Positions 18,257 to 30,030 of a stretch of DNA of 64,000 nucleotides are shown here, piece after piece. Both the position numbers and the translations under genes were made by a program. The DNA is from Candidatus Bathyarchaeota archaeon (lineage in GTDB: Archaea; Thermoproteota; Bathyarchaeia; 40CM-2-53-6). Every line of letters starts with the position of its first letter. Position 1 is the stretch's first letter. The DNA is taken from assembly GCA_963706285.1 (NCBI GenBank), contig CAVPLU010000013.1:104762-168761 (forward strand), in the 5' to 3' direction. A model generated the notes under the pieces. The model searched no databases, was not told the origin of the DNA, and saw nothing but the letters and a program-made list of their open reading frames with translations.

Positions 18257-20715
18257 ATGAGGCTTCCTCCTAGATATGAGCAGTCCACGCTTGAGGCGTC
18301 ATGGCAGAAGAACTGGGAGCAGACTGGTATCTATCACTATGACGCGAGCGACCGTTCGAGACCAACCTACTCGATCGACACGCCTCCACCTTACCCAAGC
18401 GGGGAATTTCATATGGGAAACGCTCTCAACTGGTGCTATTTCGACTTCGTTGCCCGCTACAAACGAATGCGCGGATACAACGTCCATTTCCCTCAGGGGT
18501 GGGATTGCCATGGTCTTCCGACGGAGGTTAGGGCCGAACGCACCTTCAACATCAAGAAACGAGACATATCGGTTGACAAATTCCGCGAGATTTGTGTGAA
18601 ACTGACCACCGAGTATATCGAGAAAATGAAAACCGCGATGCAGTCTATGGGATATTCAATCGACTGGAACCTTGAATACCGAACCATGGATCCCGAATAC
18701 TATAAGCTGACGCAACTTTCGTTTCTACAACTCCTCAAACGTGGACTCCTCTACAGAGGAGAACATCCAGTGAACTGGTGCCCAAGGTGTGAGACGGCAA
18801 TCGCGGAGGCAGAGGTTGAATATGTCAGAAAGCAAAGGTACCCTCCTCGACATTCCTCTTCTCCACACAAAAGGGCGACTTAGTCGTCGCAACCTCACGC
18901 CCAGAGTTCATTCCTGCCTGTGTGGCATTGGCGGTGAACCCGACCGACACCCGTTACGCGGGATATGTTGGAAACGAAGCCGTGGTGCCTCTTGTGGATC
19001 GCAGGATTCCCATCCTGAAGGATGAGCTCGTTGACGTTAGTTTCGGCAGTGGCGTCGTGATGATATGTACGTTTGGCGATAAGACCGATGTCCGCTGGCA
19101 ACACAAATATGCCCTTCCAGTTGTGAAACTCCTGGACGCGCAAGGGCGGTTAACGCAAGAAGCGGGAAAATATGCAGGACTCAAGATCCAAGAGGCACGG
19201 AAGGCAATCGTCGAGGACCTAAAGAATGCTTCAAAGATAGGTGGATCAAAACCAATTGAACGCGAGATAGGCACCTGCTGGAGATGCCACACTCCAGTCG
19301 AGATCCTGTCAGCTCCACAGTGGTTCATGAAGACCAAAGATATGACGAACGAGATAGTCGAATGGACCAACAAAGTCACTTGGGTGCCAGATTTCTCCAA
19401 GAACAGGATGATAGAGTGGGCAAAGTCTCTCGACTGGGACTGGGTAATTTCTAGGCAGAGACTGTTCGGAACCCCGATACCAGTTTGGTACTGTCGCAAG
19501 TGTGAGCAAATATTCGCTGGAAAAGAGGAATGGCTGCCCGTCGACCCACGCTCCCAGAAACCACCGGCAGGATCCTGCCCACACTGTGGATCAACCGAGT
19601 TCATCGGTGACCAAGATGTTATGGACACTTGGATGGACTCATCAATCACATGCGCCGTCCACGCTGGGTGGCCAGCAAAGGTTGATGAATTTCAGAGACT
19701 ATTTCCCGCAGACCTCCAACCCAATGGTCTGGACATCATACGGACATGGGATTACTATCTGATGGCAAGACACCTTGCCCTATTTGGACAGGCACCGTAC
19801 AAGACTGTCCTCGTAAACGGTATGGTTCGTGGCGCCGACGGCAGAATGATGCACAAATCGTACGGCAACTACGTAGAAGTCACAGAGGCGATCATGAAGT
19901 ATGGAGCAGACTCCGTCAGGCAATGGGCAGCGGCGGGGGGATCCACGGGCTACGACATCCCTTACAGATGGGCAGACGTTGAGTACGGCCGCAAGTTCCT
20001 GACAAAACTATGGAATGCTGCTCGGCTAATACTCTCTTCGCTCCAAGACTACGACTCCGCCCTCGCAGCTCCGAAGCTGGACTTGCTCGACAGATGGCTG
20101 TTAAGTAAACTCAACAACCTTATCAAGACCTCCACGGCCGCTTTTGAGAACTTCCAATTCAGCGTCGCCACAGAATCTACGAGAAACTTCATTTGGCATG
20201 ATCTCTGTGACCAATATCTGGAAGCAGTGAAATACAGGCTATATGCCGAGCATTCCCCAGAGAGCGAAAACCGAAGAGCCGCTCAGTACACCCTATTCCA
20301 GACTCTGGAAGTTGTTCTGAGACTGCTCACCCCTATCTGCCCTCACGTCACGGACGCTCTTTATCATGAGCTCTGCCATGACCGGCCAAACGTTAGAAGC
20401 ATCCACTCGGATGCCTGGCCCCTTGCAAATGATGAGCTCATTGATCCGGAATCCGAAAGAAATGGATCGATCATTGTTCGAATACTCTCAGAAGTCCGTC
20501 GCTTGAAGTCAGAGAAACGACTCTCAATGAAGGCCCCCATCAAGAGATTAACAGTCGAATCAACAGAAGAAGTGATGTGCGTACTCCGCGAACATGTAGA
20601 CGCCATTTGTCAGATAGCCGTTGTCGAACAGGTTGAGATCGTTCCCATCAAACGGCCAATGGATGATTTGCCCCCACAGAAGGACAACGACATCCGGCTC
20701 TCCGTACAATTCTAG
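18257..20715 (+). CDS. valS: Valine--tRNA ligase (two +1 shifts near 18827 and 18875)
   Basis: IDTPPP, HMGN, GWDCHGLP, DWVISRQR, MMHKS across the split ORFs. Confidence 0.95.
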
Positions 20716-20765
20716 GCGCGAAGTCTTTAATACATAATCTCAGTTTGTTAGGGCGGCGATCTTCC

Positions 20766-21053
20766 ATGAAGATAACTGAGCTAACACCGGGGATGAAAGG
20801 AGTCAATGTCGAGGGCAGAATTACGGAGAAGGGAGAACCCCGACAGGTCCAGACCAGATACGGCGAGAGTAGAGTAGCCGATGCTATCTTGACAGACGAT
20901 TCTGGATCGATCAAGCTGTCTCTATGGAATGAGCAGATAGACAACTTCAAAATCAATGATGAAGTACGGATTGAGAATGGCTACATCACAAGCTTCAGAG
21001 GCGAAGCACAACTTTCCCCGGGAAGAACAGGGCGCCTTACGCTAAAGCAATAG
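20766..21053 (+). CDS. ssb: Single OB-fold ssDNA-binding protein
   Basis: ILTDDSGSIKLSLWNEQ, IENGYITSFRGE. Confidence 0.88.
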   Translation: MKITELTPGMKGVNVEGRITEKGEPRQVQTRYGESRVADAILTDDSGSIKLSLWNEQIDNFKINDEVRIENGYITSFRGEAQLSPGRTGRLTLKQ

Positions 21054-21129
21054 TAGCAAGAGATAGCTTTCACGGCACCTAGCTAGCGCTCCGCGAATAA
21101 CGGAGCCCCGGGTAGGAGTAATTTCTGAT

Positions 21130-22011
21130 ATGAGCGAAGACGAGAGACTCGCCAAGATCAAAGATTTACTTGATTCTACGCTCGCTGAATTCGAGTCCGT
21201 CTTCAAGTCCGCAGGGACTTTTGATCAGTCGCGAGTGGGAAACGGTTGGACACCTTCAAACATTCGAATCCAGACGTATATGATCGACCCCATGTCATTT
21301 GATCAGGCTCGGAAGATTGCAGAATCGCGGAAAGCTAGAGCCTTTGGACCTTTTGGATGGCTACGAGTACGGCCTGGCCGAATGCACTTGATAGGTGAAC
21401 CTACACTGGTCTTCTTTCCGTTTTGGCGTGTGAGGGGATATCACGAATGCTTCTACTTCCGAGGGAAGACGTACACGACGACTGTCCCAGATGATGTCAT
21501 GGCCGTCCAAATGGGCGGGCGAATGCGAGCATTGACTTCACAGCTCAAAGCTGAACGTTCTGTTATGGCTAGAGCAAGAAATGTGCTCAAGCGAACTCTG
21601 ACGGCGCGAGCTGAGCCTAGATATTTCACAGTCGACGGCGCTATAGAACTTGCACGTCAATTCAGTGATGCATCGGTCATTGTCAACGGAGAGGGTAAGG
21701 AGGATGTTTCGATGGAGTACCTGCTTGAGAAAAAGCCACAAATGCATCATATGGAGGAAGATCGCGAGCGAGGTGAACAGAAACCGGCTATCAAGTTCGC
21801 CCCGTTGGCTTTGCAGGCGGAAGATGTTGTGCGGGTTCTTCATGGCAGAGTGGTGAAACCACCACCTGTCTTCAACAAGATATTGACGAATAGGTTTGAG
21901 GTCACAGAACTTAGTCTTATTGAATTGCCAATCTATGTTTTCACATACAGGTATCTTGGCAGAGAGAAAGAACTCCGAATTCACGGGGTAACGGGCGAAT
22001 TGCTGAGGTAG
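21130..22011 (+). CDS. Hypothetical protein
   Basis: 293-aa ORF following an SD-like AGGAG. Confidence 0.7.
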   Translation: MSEDERLAKIKDLLDSTLAEFESVFKSAGTFDQSRVGNGWTPSNIRIQTYMIDPMSFDQARKIAESRKARAFGPFGWLRVRPGRMHLIGEPTLVFFPFWRVRGYHECFYFRGKTYTTTVPDDVMAVQMGGRMRALTSQLKAERSVMARARNVLKRTLTARAEPRYFTVDGAIELARQFSDASVIVNGEGKEDVSMEYLLEKKPQMHHMEEDRERGEQKPAIKFAPLALQAEDVVRVLHGRVVKPPPVFNKILTNRFEVTELSLIELPIYVFTYRYLGREKELRIHGVTGELLR

Positions 22012-23501
22012 CGCCAAATCGATGGGTGATTCGGGCGCCGTCTGAACGCGGATAGAGTCCGCTTCGTCTCAAGATACAGGCGTCGCCAGAATTTCGAAAG
22101 CAGCCATCTAGCCACAAGAAGCACAGCTGCGACTACAATGACTATCTCGAGCAATGTGTAAGGTTCCGTGGCTACTTCAAGAAAGCTTGACCCTGAGTTG
22201 CCGTAGATATCCGTAGCCTCGACGTTCAGTCTCCAACTTCCAAGTCTTAGCAGATCGCCCCAAGAGAAGGCGTACTTGATTATCCAGACAGGGGTCGTTT
22301 TGTCATGAGTTACTGTCGCGTTCATCTTTGAGTCTGAAGCGTTCAACCAAGCTCGGACTGTTGCATTAGTGACTGTTGTGCCATCGGGGTAGGTGACTTC
22401 TGCATATGCCGTAAGTGTGTCGAACGGGACTTGGTAGCGGGTAGAATTCGAGACAGAACCTACCAAAAGCGTTGCAGGAGTCACGGTGAAGCTACTTGTC
22501 TCGACGTCCTTTCCTGGTCCAGTGTTCCCTTTCCCGTCGTCAAAGGCCTTGGCCAACATTAGGAACTTGTAGTTCACATCAAGTGATGCGTTCTGTGGGA
22601 TTCTGTACTGAGCAGTCCAAATCCCACTCGTCGTCCCCGAGATTGCGAGGCTAAGATCTTCTGTTTTCAGCTGCCCTGCATACAACGCAACCGGTTTAAG
22701 GCCGCTCCTGACGCTAACAACTTCGGAAGAGTCAGGGTATCGTATGATGAACTCGGCAGAGGCCGCCTGCGTTCTCTCGTAGGAGGTATGTGGCGCAACA
22801 TTGACTGAAACATTCAGGAGTGCCGGGGTCACACTGAACTTCGACAGAGAGACGAACTCTGCGTTTGGAGAATCATATGTCCCCACGCCATCTATGAAAA
22901 CGGTGTAGGATTCAGGCATGGCGTCCGACGGAATCTTCCAAGTCGCAGCAAAAGTACCTGTTTGATTTGCTGCAATTGTTGTGTCATAGACGAAAGCTGC
23001 TGAGGGGTTTCGGATGGTAACCTTCAAACTAGCTTTGGGGAGGACACCGCCACCGACGGCCTTTACAATCTCCGTGCGTTGATATACGTACTTGTCAGTC
23101 CCCCATATTCCGTAGTGCGCACGAGCTATTGCAACATCCGATTTAGTTGAGTTGGAAATGCTGACCAAGTAGGTTCCTAGGGTAGCATTCGGTTCGATCG
23201 GCAACGAAATGGAAGGCGGGATCTGTCCCTTATCTGTCGCTGCAAATGTGAGGCCCGTTCCGCGAGTTGCGTTGTCGATTGGGCTCCGAAGCCACACTGC
23301 GTACGTTCCGTTTCGAACGAAACCGTCGCCTTGAAGCAGAACCTGCTTGTCGCGTAGCGTGTACAAAGGTTGGTCCGTTGTCAGAGAGGAGCGAGCCTGC
23401 GCCATGACAGGAAATGGAAAACATGTGACGATGACGACGGCGACTAGTGTCATGACCATTGCCATCGCTCTCAGTCTCATTCGCTTTCGCCTCCCTTCCA
23501 A
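21981..23501 (-). CDS. Secreted, membrane-anchored beta-rich surface protein
   Basis: Signal peptide, repeated T(D/Y)..YxR and YPD motifs, C-terminal transmembrane helix. Confidence 0.75.
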   Translation of the reverse strand: MEGRRKRMRLRAMAMVMTLVAVVIVTCFPFPVMAQARSSLTTDQPLYTLRDKQVLLQGDGFVRNGTYAVWLRSPIDNATRGTGLTFAATDKGQIPPSISLPIEPNATLGTYLVSISNSTKSDVAIARAHYGIWGTDKYVYQRTEIVKAVGGGVLPKASLKVTIRNPSAAFVYDTTIAANQTGTFAATWKIPSDAMPESYTVFIDGVGTYDSPNAEFVSLSKFSVTPALLNVSVNVAPHTSYERTQAASAEFIIRYPDSSEVVSVRSGLKPVALYAGQLKTEDLSLAISGTTSGIWTAQYRIPQNASLDVNYKFLMLAKAFDDGKGNTGPGKDVETSSFTVTPATLLVGSVSNSTRYQVPFDTLTAYAEVTYPDGTTVTNATVRAWLNASDSKMNATVTHDKTTPVWIIKYAFSWGDLLRLGSWRLNVEATDIYGNSGSSFLEVATEPYTLLEIVIVVAAVLLVARWLLSKFWRRLYLETKRTLSAFRRRPNHPSIWRYLSNSPVTP

Positions 23502-23792
23502 TCTTTTGCCACATAACAGCTTCTGAGCTGGTAAATAACCAAATCAGACGCATTTGGATCTGAAATGGTCAAGTTCGGAGCTGAACCATATCCGACTCAC
23601 CGTTGTACCTGCGTAGCCAGGTGCCGGCAACTTCACCTAGCGATCTATCCTGTTAACTGAAAGCAAGGTTGATGCACACATTTCTTAGGTTTGGGACACG
23701 CCCTACGGACTAGGCGGACATCCTGATTTCTCTCCTACTACCATTGAAGAGTCAACGGCATGGGAACTCGACCATTTCGAACGAAGTCTGAA

Positions 23793-23914
23793 TGGCGCCG
23801 GGAGAGGGATTTGAACCCTCGCGGCCCCAAAGGACCACAGGCTTTGTGTCCTCGATTCCAGGCCTTGGCTCCTCAAGTTGGGATCTGCCCCGTACCAGGC
23901 TCGGGAATCCCGGC
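23793..23914 (-). tRNA. tRNA-Ser(GGA) with two introns
   Basis: GCCGGGA/TCCCGGC-G-CCA, long variable arm, CAGGC/GCCTG anticodon stem. Introns of 21 nt (about 29/30, 23864-23884) and 12 nt (anticodon loop, 23844-23855). Confidence 0.9.
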
Positions 23915-24008
23915 GTCGATCAACCGTAGATGTTCGACACCGACCAGTAGCTACTGAACCGTCATAAAGATTCTCATGAAAGCACAACTCACCCGAGGCT
24001 GCGAGTGT

Positions 24009-25019
24009 TCAGTCGCGCCACATCTTGGGGTAAGTTCCGCGAGGCATTAGGACCCTCGTCACTTTGGCAGCAAGCCCTTTCTCTTGTTGAATGATCGACT
24101 CGCTAGAGATCAGTGTCCTAGCTAGAGCCACCGCCTCGCCTTTCAGCGTCATGATAGCTGCTATCGAGTCTTTCTGAAACGGGTCCTCTACGCTGACGAC
24201 TCCAGGAACCGCGAGACTGGCTCCGTGGCAAACGGAGTCTACCGCGGAATCGCGAATACAAATCTTCGGGATGTACTCCAGCGCATCCTCTACTGGTCTG
24301 ACCAAATCCCTGACCATGTTCTCGTCCCCTTCAAGCAACCTTGCATGAGCGTCGACGACTTCATGAAGAGTGTGTAGTCCAGTTGAATCCGTAAAGGGCC
24401 CCGATCTCGTTCTCCTGAGCTCCTGCATGTGAGCCCCTGGACCCAACACTTCGCCAATGTCTGAGCAAAGCTTCCGGATGTACGTCCCAGCTTGGCACCC
24501 CACTTTGTACAAGACGCGGTTTCCGTCTCTTTCTAGCAGATCGATATAGTATATGGTTCGCTTGCGTGATTCTCGCTTAACGGAGGCTCGAAGCGGCGGT
24601 TTCTGATATATCTCTCCGGTGAATTCTCCTAAGACTCGGTTCAGGTCTTCATTCGAGACTTCGCCATGAAGTATCATGAGGCATACGTATTCCTTTCCGG
24701 ACTGCAGAAAAACTTGTACTGATTTGGTGGCATCCTGAAGTGCAACTGGAAGTACGCCGGTTACTATGGGATCTTCCCAGCAGATACTGCTTCTAGGGTC
24801 CCGCCGTGACCAGCATGTTCCACTTCAAGGATCTTCTTGGCCCAAGCAGTGACTTCGTGACTTGACGGTCCGGCAGGTTTGTCGAGGTTGATTATTCCGA
24901 ATCTCATGCGATCTTGAATTGGTCGATCGGCAGGCTTGTTGCCGTACTTCGGATCAGTTGACTTCCTCGCACTTCTTGACGACGGTACGCTTGACCTCCC
25001 ATGGAGGCGAGATTTTCAC
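24009..25019 (-). CDS. cbf5: H/ACA pseudouridine synthase Cbf5 with 20-nt intron
   Basis: INLDKPAGPSSHEV, AGHGGTL[D]PIVTGVLP, GTYIRKLC, PUA domain. Also a +1 shift near 24965. Confidence 0.95.
24773..24792 (-). other. BHB-type mRNA intron in cbf5
   Basis: CCCT AG/A AGCAG-TAT-CTGCT GGGA AG/AT. Excision restores the GAT (Asp) codon and the reading frame. Confidence 0.88.
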
Positions 25020-25141
25020 ATATAGCACCGCTTACACAATGCACGTCGACATATTAAGAGAAGCCCATGCCACGGACATGCCTTCCGGTATAGATCAAGA
25101 AAGCGTTGATTGCCGAGGATTTATGATGTTCTCTTGTCCGG

Positions 25142-25417
25142 TCACGGCTTCACTTCTGATTTCATGAAACCGGTCTTCTTAGCTTTCTCCAGCGCTTTAG
25201 CAATTTCCTCGTCAGCCGCGCCCTTCTTTATCTCGACTCGCTCTGGAGTAGCTTCGATATGTTGGATGTTTACTCGGCGTCGCTTCACTTCGGTCAGCTT
25301 GGGGGGGCCGGTCACCAACGCGAAGTTCTTGTCTATGACGTCGACTACTACACATTTCTTGCCGGCCTCTCTTCCTGATAGTTTGACGCATATTCTGCCA
25401 ACATCAAATCCTGTCAT
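25142..25417 (-). CDS. rpl14e: 50S ribosomal protein eL14
   Basis: [21 protein letters not shown]. Confidence 0.96.
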   Translation of the reverse strand: MTGFDVGRICVKLSGREAGKKCVVVDVIDKNFALVTGPPKLTEVKRRRVNIQHIEATPERVEIKKGAADEEIAKALEKAKKTGFMKSEVKP

Positions 25418-25507
25418 GACAGCGCCACCTTCTTCGCGGGTCTGCTTAGATCATTCGATCCACTAATAAGCTTACCACAACGGCGAGCACCCGTGACCGC
25501 ATGAGAT

Positions 25508-26056
25508 TCACTGTGGATTGTGTCGACGCACGATCTCATGAATCTTGGACAAGAGTTCTGCACTCGCATTCTCAACGGAACGGTTTCCTGTGTCAACTAT
25601 GATATTGTACGGTGACAGATCATCTATGTCAATCTCATAGTACCGTTTGTACCTTTCACGCTGTATGCGCTCACGTTCGACGGTCTGTTTGCGTGCGGTT
25701 TCATGGTCTAAGTGATCCCTGTTTGCGATTCTCGCGATTCTCTCTTCGTCAGGGGCTTTCAAGTAGATACGTATCTGCGCGAGATTCTTGGCCATCCATG
25801 CTGCGAGTTGGCCTTCAATTACAGCATCTCCCTTCGCAGCCTCTGTTGCACTTCGTTCGTCGATCATGCGGTCGATTTCGGGAGAGTTCGCCGCCTCTTT
25901 GCTCAGTTCCTCTAGGCTGAGGGCTTTCTCCTCTGCGAGGGTTCTGAACAATTGGCCTGCCGAAACGTACCTGAGCTTGAACTGTTTAGCAATCATTTTG
26001 GCGTACGTGGACTTTCCTGTTCCGTGAGGGCCTCCGATCGTTACGACCAAGCCCAT
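25508..26056 (-). CDS. cmk: Cytidylate kinase
   Basis: GPHGTGKST P-loop, SAGQLFR, operon position. Confidence 0.92.
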   Translation of the reverse strand: MGLVVTIGGPHGTGKSTYAKMIAKQFKLRYVSAGQLFRTLAEEKALSLEELSKEAANSPEIDRMIDERSATEAAKGDAVIEGQLAAWMAKNLAQIRIYLKAPDEERIARIANRDHLDHETARKQTVERERIQRERYKRYYEIDIDDLSPYNIIVDTGNRSVENASAELLSKIHEIVRRHNPQ

Positions 26057-26320
26057 CTATGCGGAGCCCCGAGCTTTGGCCCTGAGTAGGCTCCTCAGAC
26101 AAGTGGCACAGATGCTTCCACCATATGGGCGCGAGGGCGCTCTGCTGCTTTTCGGGACCCGATGTAATCTCGTGAAAGCGGTTCCATGAAGGATCCCGCC
26201 ACAGACTCTGCACCGGGCCATTCCCTTACGTCGTCTGCCATAGGCCAGTGATCTCCTTCCTCCAGGCAGACGTACACGTGTTCGTTTGGCAGACCTTGAT
26301 CTCTTCGATCGAACTGGCAA
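26057..26320 (-). CDS. rpl34e: 50S ribosomal protein eL34
   Basis: RLPGG, CRVC, RPYGGSICATC. Confidence 0.95.
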   Translation of the reverse strand: MPVRSKRSRSAKRTRVRLPGGRRSLAYGRRRKGMARCRVCGGILHGTAFTRLHRVPKSSRAPSRPYGGSICATCLRSLLRAKARGSA

Positions 26321-26321
26321 C

Positions 26322-26828
26322 TCAAATATCCTCCGGATTGACCCCGAGTATTCGCGATAGTGGAAGGCTAATGGTGAAGGAGCATATTAGGTACCAGTAG
26401 AAGAAGGATAGGTTAGCACCGGCAAACGGGATCTGGATCGGTGAATACGCAACAACTGCCTGCCCAAATGAACCGCTCAGCACGATCCAGACAAGCCAGA
26501 AGGGTATGATGAAGATGAAGCTAACTTTCATTCGTTCCATTGCCACTTGGCTCTGCAACTTCATCATTGCCTGCTGTTTCTTTGTGAGTTGCGCGAGCAG
26601 TTTCTTATTGTTGCTCTTTTGGGCTGCGGCGAACTCTTTTCTCCAAGCATTGACCTCTTTTGTCACGACGGCCGCTCGCTTCACGTCAACAAGGAATCTA
26701 TTGGATGCATTAGTTATCAAGGCAAGCACTCCTGCGACCATTAGAGTGAACAGCGTTGATGCTGGGATGGAGTGGTAGGGCTGCAGCACATCCATGAGCA
26801 ACTTCCAGATTGTGTCAATTGGCTCCAA
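26322..26828 (-). CDS. DUF106 / EMC3-TMCO1 family membrane insertase
   Basis: Transmembrane-coiled coil-transmembrane layout, YWYLICS, downstream of secY. Confidence 0.88.
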   Translation of the reverse strand: MEPIDTIWKLLMDVLQPYHSIPASTLFTLMVAGVLALITNASNRFLVDVKRAAVVTKEVNAWRKEFAAAQKSNNKKLLAQLTKKQQAMMKLQSQVAMERMKVSFIFIIPFWLVWIVLSGSFGQAVVAYSPIQIPFAGANLSFFYWYLICSFTISLPLSRILGVNPEDI

Positions 26829-26831
26829 TCC

Positions 26832-28252
26832 CTATTCCCCCAGGAAAGCTCTCGCTGCCGGGTAGAGTTCAGTAACTCGTTCTCGAACAAGGAGTTGGTA
26901 GTACTGTTCGATGATGCCGACAGTCAGGAGTATTCCGGTTCCCGAACCGAAGGCTCCGAGGAAATCTGCTGAAGCAGCGATTACGCCGATGATTATTGCT
27001 CCTAGTATTGTAACGACAGGGATGTATCTTTGAAGAAGTTGTCGGATGGGTATCTGTGATCGTCTGTACCCTTGAATCTGCATGCCGGAGTCCAAGAGCT
27101 GTTTCGCAACTGTGTTCGCGTCCATCCCGCCAACTTCCACCCATGTCATCGCGAAGAAGACGCAGAATACTACCAGAAGCAGTGCGTAGATGCCTGCTCG
27201 AAGTGGATCCTCCAAGACTCCGGGTAGGTTGCGAGGAGGCACCACATAGTAGACGAGCCCCCCGGTGGGTTGGTATTGCTGGTTGGAGACAGTGAACTTC
27301 CCAAGCAAGTTCAGCCAGAAGTTCGTGTTTGCCTGATTGTATCTGGACCATATTATTTGTGAGATGAAGTAGATGTTTCCGAAGAGCGCCGCCGCAAATA
27401 TGACCGGGATGTTGGACACGTAGAGTAGTTTAAGCGGGAACTTTCCTTTGAATCCTCGGTACTTCGCGTATGAGACAGGCACTTCTACTCTCAGTCCGTT
27501 GCAGTAGATTATGACTCGCGAAGACCACGAGAGTGGTGAAGAACATAACCATGTCAGGGAGACCCTGTGAGCGGTAGAAGATGTTCAGGACCGTGTCGCC
27601 TCTTGGTTATTCCTTGAACGAAGGCTATGATGGCACCGTATAGTTTTCCATCGCCCATCGGCCCCATTGGAGCTATCGAGTCCCACCAGATCGACTGAGC
27701 AACTCCGGCGGCGATGAAGAGGCTTATTCCACTTCCGAGGCCCCAGCCTTTTTGTAGCAACTCATCCAACAGCATCACGATCATTCCAGCGACTACCAAC
27801 TGGATGAGTATGATAGCCTGGGTCTGCAGTGTGATGTTGCCGTAGGTGCCGCCTATGAGATAGGCTGAAGCCTCAAAGATCGTCATAACGACGGATAGAA
27901 TCTTGCTGGCGCTCGTGAACATGGACCGATCCTCAGGGTTAGTCATGTCAATGTTTACCATCCGCGAGCCGGCAAGAACTTGCAGTATGAGGCCTGCTGT
28001 GACGATCGGGCCTATCCCTAGCTCCATCAGTGTGCCGCGGTTGGAGGCGAAGATCACTCTGAGTGCTCCCAGAGGATCCGTCTGGGTCATTCCTTGAGTG
28101 CCATACAGTGGCACATGGGACATAACGAAGTAGATTATCAGCGCCATTGCAGTCCAGAATATCTTCTCATTGAAGTTTACTTTCCTGTCAGGGGCGGAAA
28201 TATTCGGGAAGAATCGCGCTAAGGGTTTGAATAGTTCTATGAATCGCACCAT
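26832..28252 (-). CDS. secY: Protein translocase SecY (two +1 shifts near 27604 and 27516)
   Basis: LMELGIGPIVTAG, GSGISLFIA, YVSNIPVI, GSGTGILL. Confidence 0.96.
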
Positions 28253-28264
28253 GAGGCCGTACTC

Positions 28265-28702
28265 CTATGGCGTGGCTTTTTCGACTCGGCCTCCGGCCGC
28301 TTCGATCTTCGCGGCCGCGGATTTCGAGAAACTGTCTATTTTCACGAGCATCGGAATTTGTATCTTCCCGGAGCCCAGGAGCTTGGTGAACCCGAGGGCC
28401 TGCAAGTCCAAGAGCTTCTTTCCCTCGTGCTCGGTCACCGCGTGCGCGCAATCTCGGCGTACGAGCATGTCCTCAAGCTGGCCAACACTCGCAATGAACC
28501 TCCGCTTATCCTCCAATTTGGGCAGAAGACGCTTCTGTTTCATCTGGATTCCATAGCGGATCACTGCGCTCTTCTTGCCTCTGAACAATCCGGCATTGCC
28601 GTGGCCGCCGAGCATTCCGCTTCCTCTATGCTGTCCAGAGGTTCCCCAGCCATGGGTTCTGCTGCCTCTTTGCTTCCTCACTTTCCTCTTGCGAGTTGCC
28701 AT
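28265..28702 (-). CDS. rpl15: 50S ribosomal protein uL15
   Basis: RGSRTHGWG, KLLGSG, KIEAAGG. Confidence 0.96.
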   Translation of the reverse strand: MATRKRKVRKQRGSRTHGWGTSGQHRGSGMLGGHGNAGLFRGKKSAVIRYGIQMKQKRLLPKLEDKRRFIASVGQLEDMLVRRDCAHAVTEHEGKKLLDLQALGFTKLLGSGKIQIPMLVKIDSFSKSAAAKIEAAGGRVEKATP

Positions 28703-28816
28703 GTGTTGGTCCTCTGACAGCGTGATCTGCAAACGTCCAGTATTCGGATTCGAAGCACTCACACCGACACTTCAGATAAAGGTTTTGTGAAGTATCAAGA
28801 CGTAGCTGAGCAGCAT

Positions 28817-29769
28817 CTACTTAGCGAGTTTCCGCTGCAGTCGCCGGATCATGTCCTCGGTCATTCGAGGGAGGTCGAACTTGGGTTCCCAGTTCCATTC
28901 TTCCTTTGCGGCGGAATCATCCAGAGATCTTGGCCAAGAATTCGCTATCGCCTGCCTATAATCGGGTTTGTAATCGCATGTGAATGTCGGGATGATCTTC
29001 GGTTATGGAGTCCGCGAGTTCACGAGCTAAGAAGCTCATCGAATTGACATTAAAGACTCGATGCTTCAACCGTAAACCATCTGCCTCAGCGAGGTCCATC
29101 AGCGATTTGATCGCATCGGGCATGTACATCATCGGTAGAACGGTGTCCTCTCGCACAAAACATGTGTAGCGTTTGCCTTCCACGGCAGCGTAGTACATCT
29201 CAACAGAGTAGTCCGTGGTGCCTCCTCCTGGCATGGTCTCGCTGCTGATGACGCCAGGAAGACGGACACAGCGATAGTCAACCCCAAACTTCCTGAAGTA
29301 GTATGTTCCCAACAGTTCTCCAGTCACCTTCGTGATACCGTACATAGTGGACGGCAATAGTACCGCATCATTCGGGTACGTTGTCGCGAGGAACCCCAGC
29401 GCCAAAGACGGCGATTGAACTTGCTGTCATAAGGCGTTCGAGTTTGTGTATTCGTGCAACTTCTAGAACGTTGAGCACTCCACCCATGTTGACCTCGTAG
29501 CACAACTGAGGGTTCAATTCGCCGACTGCTGAAAGAATCGATGCCATGTGGTATATTGTGTCAACACCATTGTCCACAACCTCCTTTTCCAGTTGATCTC
29601 TGTCAAGGACGTTTAGGTACTGAAATGGCCCCGAGTCGATGAATTCCTTGGTCGGTTTGGTCTTGTGTCCTGCTGCAATTACGCGATCTCTTCCGTACTT
29701 CTCTCTAAGTGCCTGAACTAGTTCAGTGCCGATCTGACCGACCGCTCCTGTCACAAGTATCTTATTCAC
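28817..29769 (-). CDS. tdh: SDR-type L-threonine 3-dehydrogenase (shifts near 29372 and 28985)
   Basis: GAVGQIG, SSIAVFG, YGITK, PGGGTTDY, MMYMPDA; divergent from kbl. Confidence 0.85.
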
Positions 29770-30030
29770 CTAGCGCAACCTCCATCAAGCACAGAGCCTC
29801 ACCCTTATCAACCGAAACTTCACTCGACATCATAAGCGTACTTTTCTGACCCCGTTGGCTCCTGATTTTATCGCTTACGTTATGCCTTGTTAGGTCTCAA
29901 CCTCGTTTTCTCTCTTGTCTTTTTGCCTGATGCTTTTGTTGAATTGGCTCCAGAAGGTCGAAAGCCTATTATCGGCCGTGACGTTGCAGCAGTCTGTTTT
30001 CAGAAAGTTCATAGGCTGATCATATTGGAT

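Noticed and set aside
23703-23987. ORFs overlapping tRNA-Ser(GGA); likewise 13216-13404 over the 5S rRNA
   Set aside because: Shadow ORFs over structural RNA genes.
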